64,000 nucleotides of DNA, taken from assembly GCA_021777565.1 (NCBI GenBank), contig JAJYDJ010000002.1, positions 5,082-69,081 of the forward strand, in the 5' to 3' direction. Both the position numbers and the translations under genes were made by a program. The notes below the pieces were generated by a model. It was not told the DNA's origin and ran no database searches. It saw only the letters and a program-made list of their open reading frames with translations. The stretch is from a bacterium. Its GTDB lineage: Bacteria > Patescibacteriota > Microgenomatia > Levybacterales > UBA12049. Within the stretch, counting starts at the first letter, position 1. Every line of letters begins with the position of its first letter. Shown here in pieces: positions 18,550-28,761 of the stretch.

Positions 18550-19345
18550 GAGGGACCTTACGAATCTTGGCAAAGAGGATTTTCCCTGTTACTGTCTGTA
18601 TGACTCTGGCAATAGTCACCGGCAGTATCTGGTCTACTTTTTCTGCGGCCTGCTCTACGACGATCATTGTCCCATCATCCAGATATCCTACTCCTTGGTG
18701 TTTCTCTTTCCCGGTATGAATGATCTTGATCGTGAGATTTTCACCAGGAACGACATGAACCTTAAATGCATCGGCAAGCGCATGAACATTCACCACTTTA
18801 ATACCCATAACCTGTGCTTTCTTCTCCAGATTGGCATCCCCTGTCACGATACGTGCACGATATTTCTTTGCCAGAGCCAACAGCTGTTCATCAACCTCTT
18901 TGGCTGTGATCGTTTTATCATCCACATAAATAATCTGGGCACTGCGTTTTTTTCTTACCTCTGAGAGCATGGCGAGAGCCGCCTTGGCTCGTGGTTTTTT
19001 CAATTCATCTTTGCCATCGGCAATATGTTTGAGCTCATGCAGTACTCCTTCACACAAGGTCACCACACTCGGACCAAACCCTAAGATCATCGCATCAAGA
19101 ATGCGTTTATCGATAATGGCGGATGTATCAAGAAAGAGGCTGCCAATCGCGTCTTTTTTGAGCGTGGTCGTTTTGGGTTTGGTTGGCTTTTTAGGAAGCT
19201 TCGCTATGACCAGTTTTGCCACCTCATCAGCAAAGGCGGACATAGAAAATCTCTGTTGGGGTGAATTGGGGGCCACGGTCTTTACCAGCTCAGCGACTGG
19301 TTGCATGGCAATGGCTGTTGGTTGGGTTGGTTGTTTATCTTTCAT
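18521..19345 (-). CDS. PIN and TRAM domain protein (YacL-like), located 3' of radA
   Basis: PIN core (IVTGDANLEKKAQVMGIKV) plus a C-terminal TRAM-like beta domain. Synteny with radA matches Firmicutes radA-yacL. Confidence 0.7.
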   Translation of the reverse strand: MKDKQPTQPTAIAMQPVAELVKTVAPNSPQQRFSMSAFADEVAKLVIAKLPKKPTKPKTTTLKKDAIGSLFLDTSAIIDKRILDAMILGFGPSVVTLCEGVLHELKHIADGKDELKKPRAKAALAMLSEVRKKRSAQIIYVDDKTITAKEVDEQLLALAKKYRARIVTGDANLEKKAQVMGIKVVNVHALADAFKVHVVPGENLTIKIIHTGKEKHQGVGYLDDGTMIVVEQAAEKVDQILPVTIARVIQTVTGKILFAKIRKVPLNTPVAPRQ

Positions 19346-20664
19346 ACGGTTTCAAGCTGACTCAGCGCACTACTGACACTTCGCGCGGTTTCTGGCGTAA
19401 CAATCTTACTAAACCCTAACTTTTTTGCTTCTTTTATTCTCTTCTCAAGCATACCGACACTCCTCACCTCTCCCAAGAGGCCAATTTCTCCTATGGCAAT
19501 CATACTACTTGAAGGGACATTTTTCAGGCTGCCAACCAGTGCTAAGCATACAGCCAAATCCATCGCAGGCTCCTGAACTTTCAGCCCTCCTGCAATATTA
19601 ACAAAGACATCTTGCTGAGAAAAGTTCACATTACAATGTTTTTGTAGTACTGCGAGCAAAAGCTCCAACCGTTTCTGGTCAAATCCTGCACAGACGCGCC
19701 GTGGCATAGGAAGATACGACCGGACGGTTAAGGCTTGTACCTCAACAAGAAATGGCCGTGTCCCTTCCATGATCATTGAGAGTATCGATCCCGGAACCTC
19801 CTTTTCTCGTTTGGTCATAAAAAGAAGCTCGGGATGAGACACTTCCTGCATCCCACTCTCCTGCATGAGAAATACTCCTACTTCATCAACTGGTCCAAAT
19901 CTATTTTTAAATGACCGAATGATACGTGTTGAGGTAAATTTTTCACCTTCAAGAAATAGTACTGCATCAACCATGTGAGAAAGCACCATTGGTCCGGCGA
20001 CCATACCTTCTTTGGTCACGTGCCCTACCAGAATAATTGCGATATGACTTCTTTTAGCCACTTCAAGAAATTTTTGCGTGGCATACCTGACCTGACCGAC
20101 ACTGCCTGCCAGTCCTTCAAGTGAGGCTGATTCCATAGTCTGGATACTATCAATAATGACAAGAGAAGGTTTTTCTGAAAGCATGAGATCAACAATTTGA
20201 TCAGTATCCGAATGAGATACGAGTTGGATTTGTGGCGTAGTGCCAGGGGCTAGACGTTTGGCACGAAGACTTACCTGCTCTGCTGATTCTTCAGCAGTAA
20301 CATAGAGTACACGCTCGCTTTTGGCAATATTCATGGCTGCTTGCAACAGGAGGGTAGATTTCCCAATCCCAGGATCACCAGAAAGGAGAATCAATTCGTC
20401 CTGCACAATGCCACCACCGAGAACTGTGTCCAGCTCGTTAAATCCTGTGGAGAGTCTATCAATCTTTCGGGTTACCACATCAGAAATTGTTTGAATAACA
20501 GGACGCTCTTTCCCGGATGCTGTCTCTTTGGTGCTGAGGGCACTCTCTTTGAATTCCTTAAGCGTATTCCAATTCCCACATTCAGGGCATTTTCCTAAAT
20601 ATTTGAGGCTTTCATACCCACATTCTTGGCAGACAAATACCGTACTCGTTTTCTTCTTGGGCAT
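19342..20664 (-). CDS. radA: DNA repair protein RadA/Sms
   Basis: N-terminal zinc ribbon CQECGY...CPECGNW. Walker A GDPGIGKSTLLLQ. KNRFG motif. C-terminal Lon-like domain. Confidence 0.9.
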   Translation of the reverse strand: MPKKKTSTVFVCQECGYESLKYLGKCPECGNWNTLKEFKESALSTKETASGKERPVIQTISDVVTRKIDRLSTGFNELDTVLGGGIVQDELILLSGDPGIGKSTLLLQAAMNIAKSERVLYVTAEESAEQVSLRAKRLAPGTTPQIQLVSHSDTDQIVDLMLSEKPSLVIIDSIQTMESASLEGLAGSVGQVRYATQKFLEVAKRSHIAIILVGHVTKEGMVAGPMVLSHMVDAVLFLEGEKFTSTRIIRSFKNRFGPVDEVGVFLMQESGMQEVSHPELLFMTKREKEVPGSILSMIMEGTRPFLVEVQALTVRSYLPMPRRVCAGFDQKRLELLLAVLQKHCNVNFSQQDVFVNIAGGLKVQEPAMDLAVCLALVGSLKNVPSSSMIAIGEIGLLGEVRSVGMLEKRIKEAKKLGFSKIVTPETARSVSSALSQLETV

Positions 20665-20711
20665 ACCCTATTGTATCACGATGATTTCGAGGCTAAAGAG
20701 GTCAAAAGGAG

Positions 20712-21770
20712 TTATCTATAGAACATTGGTTTCTCAAGAAGCACTGGTACGAGATAAATACGTCTCTCACCTTGTGCAACTGAAACTACTGAACACTGGA
20801 CAGACTTTCCCTCATACAACTCTTGTCCTGCAGGGACAGTTTCTTTTTTAATGTAGCCAACAACTGGTGACTTCCCAAGATCGACAACATATCCTTTTTC
20901 TTCAACATGTGTAATGGTACCTTGCACCATCTGATCAGAGGCAAAAGTTGCAAAAATATCTGCCAGTGGGTCTTTCAGAAGACGCTTGAGAGAAAGAATG
21001 ATACGGGCGTTGTTAGTATCAATGTAAATAATTTCTGCTGATACTTCTTGACCGATAGTAAAGGCCTTTTCGTCAAACCCTTCCCATGCAGTTTCATCAG
21101 GACGCACAAACCCTGGCAAAGTCTCTGTTTCTGAGACCTTAATACTGACCCCTATACCATTGTGAGACACTTCTGAGACAGTACCAGCAACCTTATCCCC
21201 GACTCTCATTTTTTTACTCAATTTCATGAATTCATCACGTGAGAACAACTCTTTTTGACTTACAACAAAACGATGGTTATCGCGATTTATTTCAACCAGT
21301 GAGACTTTTACCTCAGTGCCAAAGGCCATATCCCGAGAAGTCGTATAAGAGTTAGGAAGAAAGCCTGAAAGCCCACCTTCTGAGGAAACGACGTACCCTC
21401 CTTTTGTCTGCTGACCGATAGTAACAGTTATTTTTTCTTTTTTAGAAAGGGCTTCATCTAACAGTGCCCATGACGCATTACTCATATGTTTTCTCAGTGA
21501 TACGACCGGGTATCCACTCTCGCCTTCTGGCGAAAGAACATAGACAGAGACTTTGTCACCGACATGAAGTGTTGCCAAAAGCTGTTGCATGAGTGTTTTA
21601 TCTTGCTCGAGGACCAATGCTGGTGCTTTGGCGTTAATATCAATAAGAATTTCTTGTGAAGAGATTTTTTTGACCGTTCCATCAATTGTTTGGCCTTTGG
21701 AAATACTTCGAGTAGTGATACTCTGTTTTTTCATGAGGTCAGCCATGGAAGTTGCGGGAGTGTTATTCAT
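20712..21770 (-). CDS. S1 RNA-binding-domain protein (probable short ribosomal protein S1)
   Basis: Four tandem S1-like repeats (GQTIDGTVKKI..., GDKVSVYVLS..., GDKVAGTVSEV..., MVQGTITHVEEKGYVVDLG). Confidence 0.65.
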   Translation of the reverse strand: MNNTPATSMADLMKKQSITTRSISKGQTIDGTVKKISSQEILIDINAKAPALVLEQDKTLMQQLLATLHVGDKVSVYVLSPEGESGYPVVSLRKHMSNASWALLDEALSKKEKITVTIGQQTKGGYVVSSEGGLSGFLPNSYTTSRDMAFGTEVKVSLVEINRDNHRFVVSQKELFSRDEFMKLSKKMRVGDKVAGTVSEVSHNGIGVSIKVSETETLPGFVRPDETAWEGFDEKAFTIGQEVSAEIIYIDTNNARIILSLKRLLKDPLADIFATFASDQMVQGTITHVEEKGYVVDLGKSPVVGYIKKETVPAGQELYEGKSVQCSVVSVAQGERRIYLVPVLLEKPMFYR

Positions 21771-21797
21771 AAATACAAAGAAAAAAGTTTGCTGCTC

Positions 21798-21920
21798 AAT
21801 GCTCGGCCTTGACGTATTGTCCCGTCCCCGAAGGGAGAGTATCGTCCGCGCTGGCGCGTTTCACGACTTTGTTCGGAATGGAAAAAGGTGGTTCCACGCC
21901 GCTCCAAAGACCGAACATTC
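21798..21920 (-). rRNA. rrf: 5S rRNA (ends approximate; the flanking extended helix suggests a longer precursor)
   Basis: The reverse complement contains CCATTCCGAAC and GTGAAACGCGCCAGCGC...GATACT. The ends pair (ttgctgttgaatgttcgg / ccgagcattgagcagcaa). Confidence 0.55.
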
Positions 21921-22011
21921 AACAGCAAACTTATAAATGTGCTTGTCGTAAGCTCTTAAAAAGCGAAGAGAAAAGTAACGGTTTTTAAAACATGCGTTTT
22001 AAATCTACCAC

Positions 22012-24953
<2,942 letters not shown>

Positions 24954-25194
24954 GTAGATTTAAAAATTTATTGCATGTTAAAAAAACCTGCATTTTCTCT
25001 TCACTTTTTAAAGAGCTTACATATACTCATCTGGAACTAACCCTCCCTTGCTGGAGGGCTTGTTCCAAACAACATGTAAACATGTACGCCTTGGTGGACC
25101 GGAAGAGATTTCCCCCAAGGGGACTAGCTACTTCGTAGCGGCGTCCACAGGACTAGGGTCGCTGCCCGTCGCTTCTCATCTCTTCTGAGCAACC

Positions 25195-25270
25195 TGGTGG
25201 ACCGGAAGAGATTCGAACTCTCGACCTTCGCTATGCAAAAGCGACGCTCTACCAGCTAAGCTACCGGCCC
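25195..25270 (-). tRNA. tRNA-Ala (anticodon TGC), CCA encoded, upstream of 23S
   Basis: Acceptor gggccgg/ccggtcc with G3:U70. Anticodon stem tcgct/agcga with loop tttgcat. Genome-encoded CCA. Confidence 0.85.
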
Positions 25271-25442
25271 TGCTCTCACGGTCTTCCCTTATTTGTTAAT
25301 CGATCGGTACGTATCTGAAGCTAAAAACTTACACTGAAGTATGTTTTTCGATAAAGAAATGCTGCATACAGATACCCACTGATCGTATCCCGATAGTATC
25401 ATAGCCATCCTGAGGCTGTCAATGACTGATATGACGGGCTTT

Positions 25443-26633
25443 TTAGACCCCCATCCAGTCCTTTTTTAGAAGAGTGAAACGATCATCCTGGATCGCTTCT
25501 CGAATCTCTTTCATGAGATTCATCAAGAACGCTATATTATGGTAGCTCACGAGCGTATAGCCTTCTAATTCATGCGCTCTGAAGAGATGGTGGATATAGC
25601 CACGGGTATAGGTTTTACACACCATACACGAACACGTGGCATCAAGTGGTTCATGGCTATGGGTATAGTCAGCCTTCGTAATGTCCTGGCGCCAGCGATT
25701 TTCCTTCGTACCCGTTGGCCCGTGCACGAAAAAGACTCCCATACGGCCAAGTCTGGTTGGCGTGACGCAGTCAAAGGTATCCACACCCCGCTCTACCCCT
25801 TCAAAAATGTCATCAATATCCCCAATACCCAAGAGATGTCGTGGTTTCTCAAGAGAAATATGGCTCGTCGTCCAGTCTACTACTTCATAGAGGTTTTGCT
25901 TACTGGCGTGTGCTCCCCCAAGCGCAACCGCCTGGAAGTGTTCATCAACAAATTTCGCTGACTGAAGGCGTAAATCTTCAAACTTTCCTCCATGGGTCAC
26001 GCCGTACAAGAGCTGGTCGGTTCTAGTCTGTGCCGCCAGTGATCGAGTAAGCCAGCGCTCTGTGAGTTCTAGAGATTCTCTGGTCTTGTCATAGTCATAG
26101 AGGGGTGACTCCAGGTCATCAAACCCTACGATCAGATCAGCCCCAATCTTCTCTTGGATCGCGATCGAGCTCTCAGGCGAGAGCATGTGGGACGACCCAT
26201 CCAGGTGGGACTGAAAGAGGACGCCTTCCTCTGAGATCTTGTTGAGCCTTGGCTTAGCCTCCTTCTCATGGACGGCTTCTTCTTCTTTGAGGAATTTGAC
26301 CATGCCATGCTCGAGATTGACCCCGAGGGAAAACACTTGAAATCCCCCACTGTCAGTCATGGTTGGCCCATGCCACCCCATAAACTCAGCTACGCCCCCA
26401 AATTCATCAATAATATCCTCCCCTGGCCTCAAATGCAGGTGGTAGGTGTTGGCGAGCACGAGCTGGGCTCCCATATCACGCAAATCCCGAGGAGTGAGTG
26501 CTTTTACGCTCGCCTGGGTGCCTACGGGGAAAAATTGTGGCGTCTGTACCACGCCATGGGGTGTATGAATCTCACCCACACGGGCTTTGGTAGCTTTGTC
26601 TTGATGGATGATAGTAAAAGATACTGAAGTCAT
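25443..26633 (-). CDS. tgt: Queuine tRNA-ribosyltransferase
   Basis: Tgt motifs (LGIGDIDDIF, zinc site CSCMVCKTYTRGYIHHL). The start is moved to the internal Met (MTSVSF...) because the track ORF overlaps tRNA-Met. Confidence 0.85.
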   Translation of the reverse strand: MTSVSFTIIHQDKATKARVGEIHTPHGVVQTPQFFPVGTQASVKALTPRDLRDMGAQLVLANTYHLHLRPGEDIIDEFGGVAEFMGWHGPTMTDSGGFQVFSLGVNLEHGMVKFLKEEEAVHEKEAKPRLNKISEEGVLFQSHLDGSSHMLSPESSIAIQEKIGADLIVGFDDLESPLYDYDKTRESLELTERWLTRSLAAQTRTDQLLYGVTHGGKFEDLRLQSAKFVDEHFQAVALGGAHASKQNLYEVVDWTTSHISLEKPRHLLGIGDIDDIFEGVERGVDTFDCVTPTRLGRMGVFFVHGPTGTKENRWRQDITKADYTHSHEPLDATCSCMVCKTYTRGYIHHLFRAHELEGYTLVSYHNIAFLMNLMKEIREAIQDDRFTLLKKDWMGV

Positions 26634-26650
26634 GCTATTTCTATTCTTTT

Positions 26651-26727
26651 TGGTAGCAGGGGTGGGATTTGAACCCACGACCGCAGCGTTATGAATGCTG
26701 TGCTCTAACCAACTGAGCTACCCTGCC
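26651..26727 (-). tRNA. tRNA-Met (anticodon CAT, elongator type), CCA encoded
   Basis: Cloverleaf has loop ttcataa, D-arm gctcagttggttagagc and T-arm gtgggttcaaatcccac. It lacks the GGG/CCC anticodon-stem signature of initiators. Confidence 0.8.
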
Positions 26728-26770
26728 AGGGCTCCACCCTTGTGGCGGATTTCATTGCTAAGTATACCAA

Positions 26771-26800
26771 TTTGACCCATGCCTAATCAATTGGTATAAT
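26771..26800 (+). promoter_or_regulatory. Consensus sigma70 promoter (TTGACC-N17-TATAAT) driving the initiator-like tRNA
   Basis: Sequence ttgacc, a 17-nt spacer, then tataat, ending about 9 nt before the tRNA-like 5' end. Confidence 0.5.
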
Positions 26801-26809
26801 GGGACATAC

Positions 26810-26877
26810 GCGCGGGGTAGTGTAAGGCGCACGTGAGGCTCATAATCTCACAGTCCACTTTCGATAGTGGCCCCGCA
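26810..26877 (+). tRNA. Initiator-like tRNA (CAT) with compressed D and T arms (68 nt; candidate tRNA-fMet or tRNA-like element)
   Basis: 5' CGCGGGG...CCCCGCA-A 3' gives a C1:A72 mismatch identical to E. coli tRNA-fMet ends. Anticodon loop is CTCATAA. The D-arm is only 13 nt and the T-loop 6 nt. Confidence 0.45.
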
Positions 26878-27216
26878 ACACAGATGCACTGACTGGAGCC
26901 ATTGCTGCCAGGTTGGTAATACCACAGGCTTCCCTTCAATCGTTTGTTCCCCACTCCCCGTTGCTACCAAGATACGCGTCTCATTGGGAAGACTTAAGAA
27001 GAGTTTATCTCGCGCCTGCTCTTGTACAAAGTTAGGGTCTTGTGCCTGATTCATCTGTGATTTGAGTTTTGCATTCTTTTGTTGCAGATACGCAAGATGG
27101 TCCCTCGCCTGCAAAACAATACTCCTTTTTTGCAGCAGAGAAATAATTTCTTGTGCAGAGCGAATTGCTGAGAAAACACAAAAGACAACAATAATAATAG
27201 TTATGACTTTTTTCAT
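26848..27216 (-). CDS. Septum formation initiator family protein (FtsB/DivIC-like)
   Basis: N-terminal TM followed by a coiled coil (LQARDHLAYLQQKNAKLKSQMNQAQDPNFVQEQARDKL). Confidence 0.6.
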   Translation of the reverse strand: MKKVITIIIVVFCVFSAIRSAQEIISLLQKRSIVLQARDHLAYLQQKNAKLKSQMNQAQDPNFVQEQARDKLFLSLPNETRILVATGSGEQTIEGKPVVLPTWQQWLQSVHLCCGATIESGL

Positions 27217-27257
27217 TGACGAATCAGCTAAACCGTGATATGATCTAAACCTGTAAT

Positions 27258-28112
27258 ATGATACAAATGCGCGACGCCCATAAACAGTTCAAGACCTTTC
27301 TTGAAAGCAAAAATAAATCCCGTGCCACCATTGTAGCCTACAACAAAGACATCGATCAAGTGATCGAGTTTATTGAAAAACAAGGAAAATCAACTGTTGA
27401 CCAGATCACAAAAGAAGACCTGGAAGGATTTTTAGCCCAACTCGCACAAGAAGGATATACCGTCAAATCTATCTCTAGAAAGATTAACTCTACCCGTACT
27501 TTCTATCGTTTCCTCAAAACCCATAATCTCACTGAAGAAGACCCATCAGCACTCTTAGAACACCCACGATATGAACTAGGACAGCCACGTATTTTGACTC
27601 CTATGGAATACCGCGCACTTCGTGATGCAACCCGAAATGATGCACGTATGCATGCCGTCATCCAGACACTTCTCCAGACTGGTATTCGTATCGGCGAGCT
27701 CGCAGAATTGAGACTCTCTGATGTGACCCCAGAGGGATTGACCATCCGACCTATGGAAAAACATGAAGCACGCCTCGTCCCCCTCAATCGTGCTGCACGT
27801 GAATCTATGGAAAAGTACATGAAAATTCGTCCAGAGGTCAAAGATGATCACGTATTTGTGACCAAATCAGGCAAACCATTCTTGATTCGTAACATCCGTA
27901 CTGCTGTGGAGCGCTATTTCCGCATTGCTGAGATCAAAGGGGCCAAGGTTAATGACCTTCGCCATACCTTTATCGCTCATCACATCAAGCACGGCGTCAA
28001 TCCACAATTTTTATCTAAGATCGTTGGCCACAAGCGTCTCACCACAACTGAGCGATATCTGGAATTTGTCCCAGATCGAGCCAAAGAAACCACCCACCTG
28101 TCAGAACTATAA
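27258..28112 (+). CDS. Tyrosine site-specific recombinase, XerC/XerD-like
   Basis: N-terminal SAM-like core-binding domain and a C-terminal catalytic domain with R...HxxR...Y (LRHTFIAHHIKHG...TTERYLEF). At 284 aa it matches Xer size. Confidence 0.8.
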   Translation: MIQMRDAHKQFKTFLESKNKSRATIVAYNKDIDQVIEFIEKQGKSTVDQITKEDLEGFLAQLAQEGYTVKSISRKINSTRTFYRFLKTHNLTEEDPSALLEHPRYELGQPRILTPMEYRALRDATRNDARMHAVIQTLLQTGIRIGELAELRLSDVTPEGLTIRPMEKHEARLVPLNRAARESMEKYMKIRPEVKDDHVFVTKSGKPFLIRNIRTAVERYFRIAEIKGAKVNDLRHTFIAHHIKHGVNPQFLSKIVGHKRLTTTERYLEFVPDRAKETTHLSEL

Positions 28113-28164
28113 AATTATTGCCTTCTGGTATAATATACCTAGAGTACATCGCTCGCAGAAATGC

Positions 28165-28195
28165 GGGCTTTTTTTATGGGAAATGCCTAGGAAGT
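28165..28195 (+). terminator. Candidate intrinsic terminator after the recombinase gene
   Basis: tcgcagaaatgcggg hairpin with a GNRA loop followed by cttttttta. Confidence 0.4.
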
Positions 28196-28495
28196 TAGTG
28201 ATGATGATAATTTAAGTTAAAATCTGGGGCGCGCAATTTTTGAGATTAAAACGCCTATCATAGGAGTGTAGAGACAAATTAAATATGTTAAGACTAAAAT
28301 TAACCATAATACTAAACTTCTTAATTATTCTGGATTGCTATGTCTTCCATGTAGGTAACGTTACACTGGATTACAAAGCATTATTACTAATTGCAATAAT
28401 AGTTGTCTTAGTACTTCCTTTTAAGGAATTTCATATCTGCTCATTATTTAGTGGGAAACTTTGGAAGAGTTAAGTAGCCTGTACTTTTTTGAGGG

Positions 28496-28568
28496 TGCGC
28501 CCGGGAGGACTCGGACCTCCGACGTGATGTGTATAAGACATCTGTTCTAGCCACTGAACTACGGGCGC
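28496..28568 (-). tRNA. tRNA-Ile (anticodon TAT, reads AUA)
   Basis: Cloverleaf has acceptor gcgcccg/cgggcgc, D gttc..gaac, anticodon stem gatgt/acatc with loop cttatac (U33 UAU A37). The T-loop is tccgagt, which is atypical. Confidence 0.7.
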
Positions 28569-28607
28569 AAAACTAGTGCCATTATACCTTTTTCAACCAC
28601 GACAATC

Positions 28608-28750
28608 TATATAGCGTGTCATTCTGAACGCAGTGCGCCGCTACTGTGTAGCTAGTACCCTTGGGGTGAAGAATCGTATTTTATAAATAGAGATCCTTCG
28701 CTCCATTTCATATTCGCTCAGGATGACACAGGATTGGGAGCCCGCTGTGC
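28608..28750. repeat. MITE-like repeat copy 1 (TIR GTCATTCTGAAC / GCTCAGGATGAC with an extra tandem right end GCTCAGAATGAC)
   Basis: Shares the internal module AGTGCGCCGCTACTGTGTAGC..CCCTTGGGGT..AAG.ATC with copy 2. Lies 12 nt past the stop of the 28762 gene and 39 nt from tRNA-Ile. Confidence 0.6.
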
Positions 28751-28761
28751 TCAGAATGACA

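Noticed and set aside
26634-26678. First 15 codons of the tgt track ORF
   Set aside because: They overlap the tRNA-Met(CAT) gene. An internal Met follows the tRNA.
28285-28473. 62-aa ORF in the AT-rich islet after the recombinase
   Set aside because: It is very AT-rich and low-complexity hydrophobic, has no RBS and has no homology cues. It is noted in a finding but not called as a gene.
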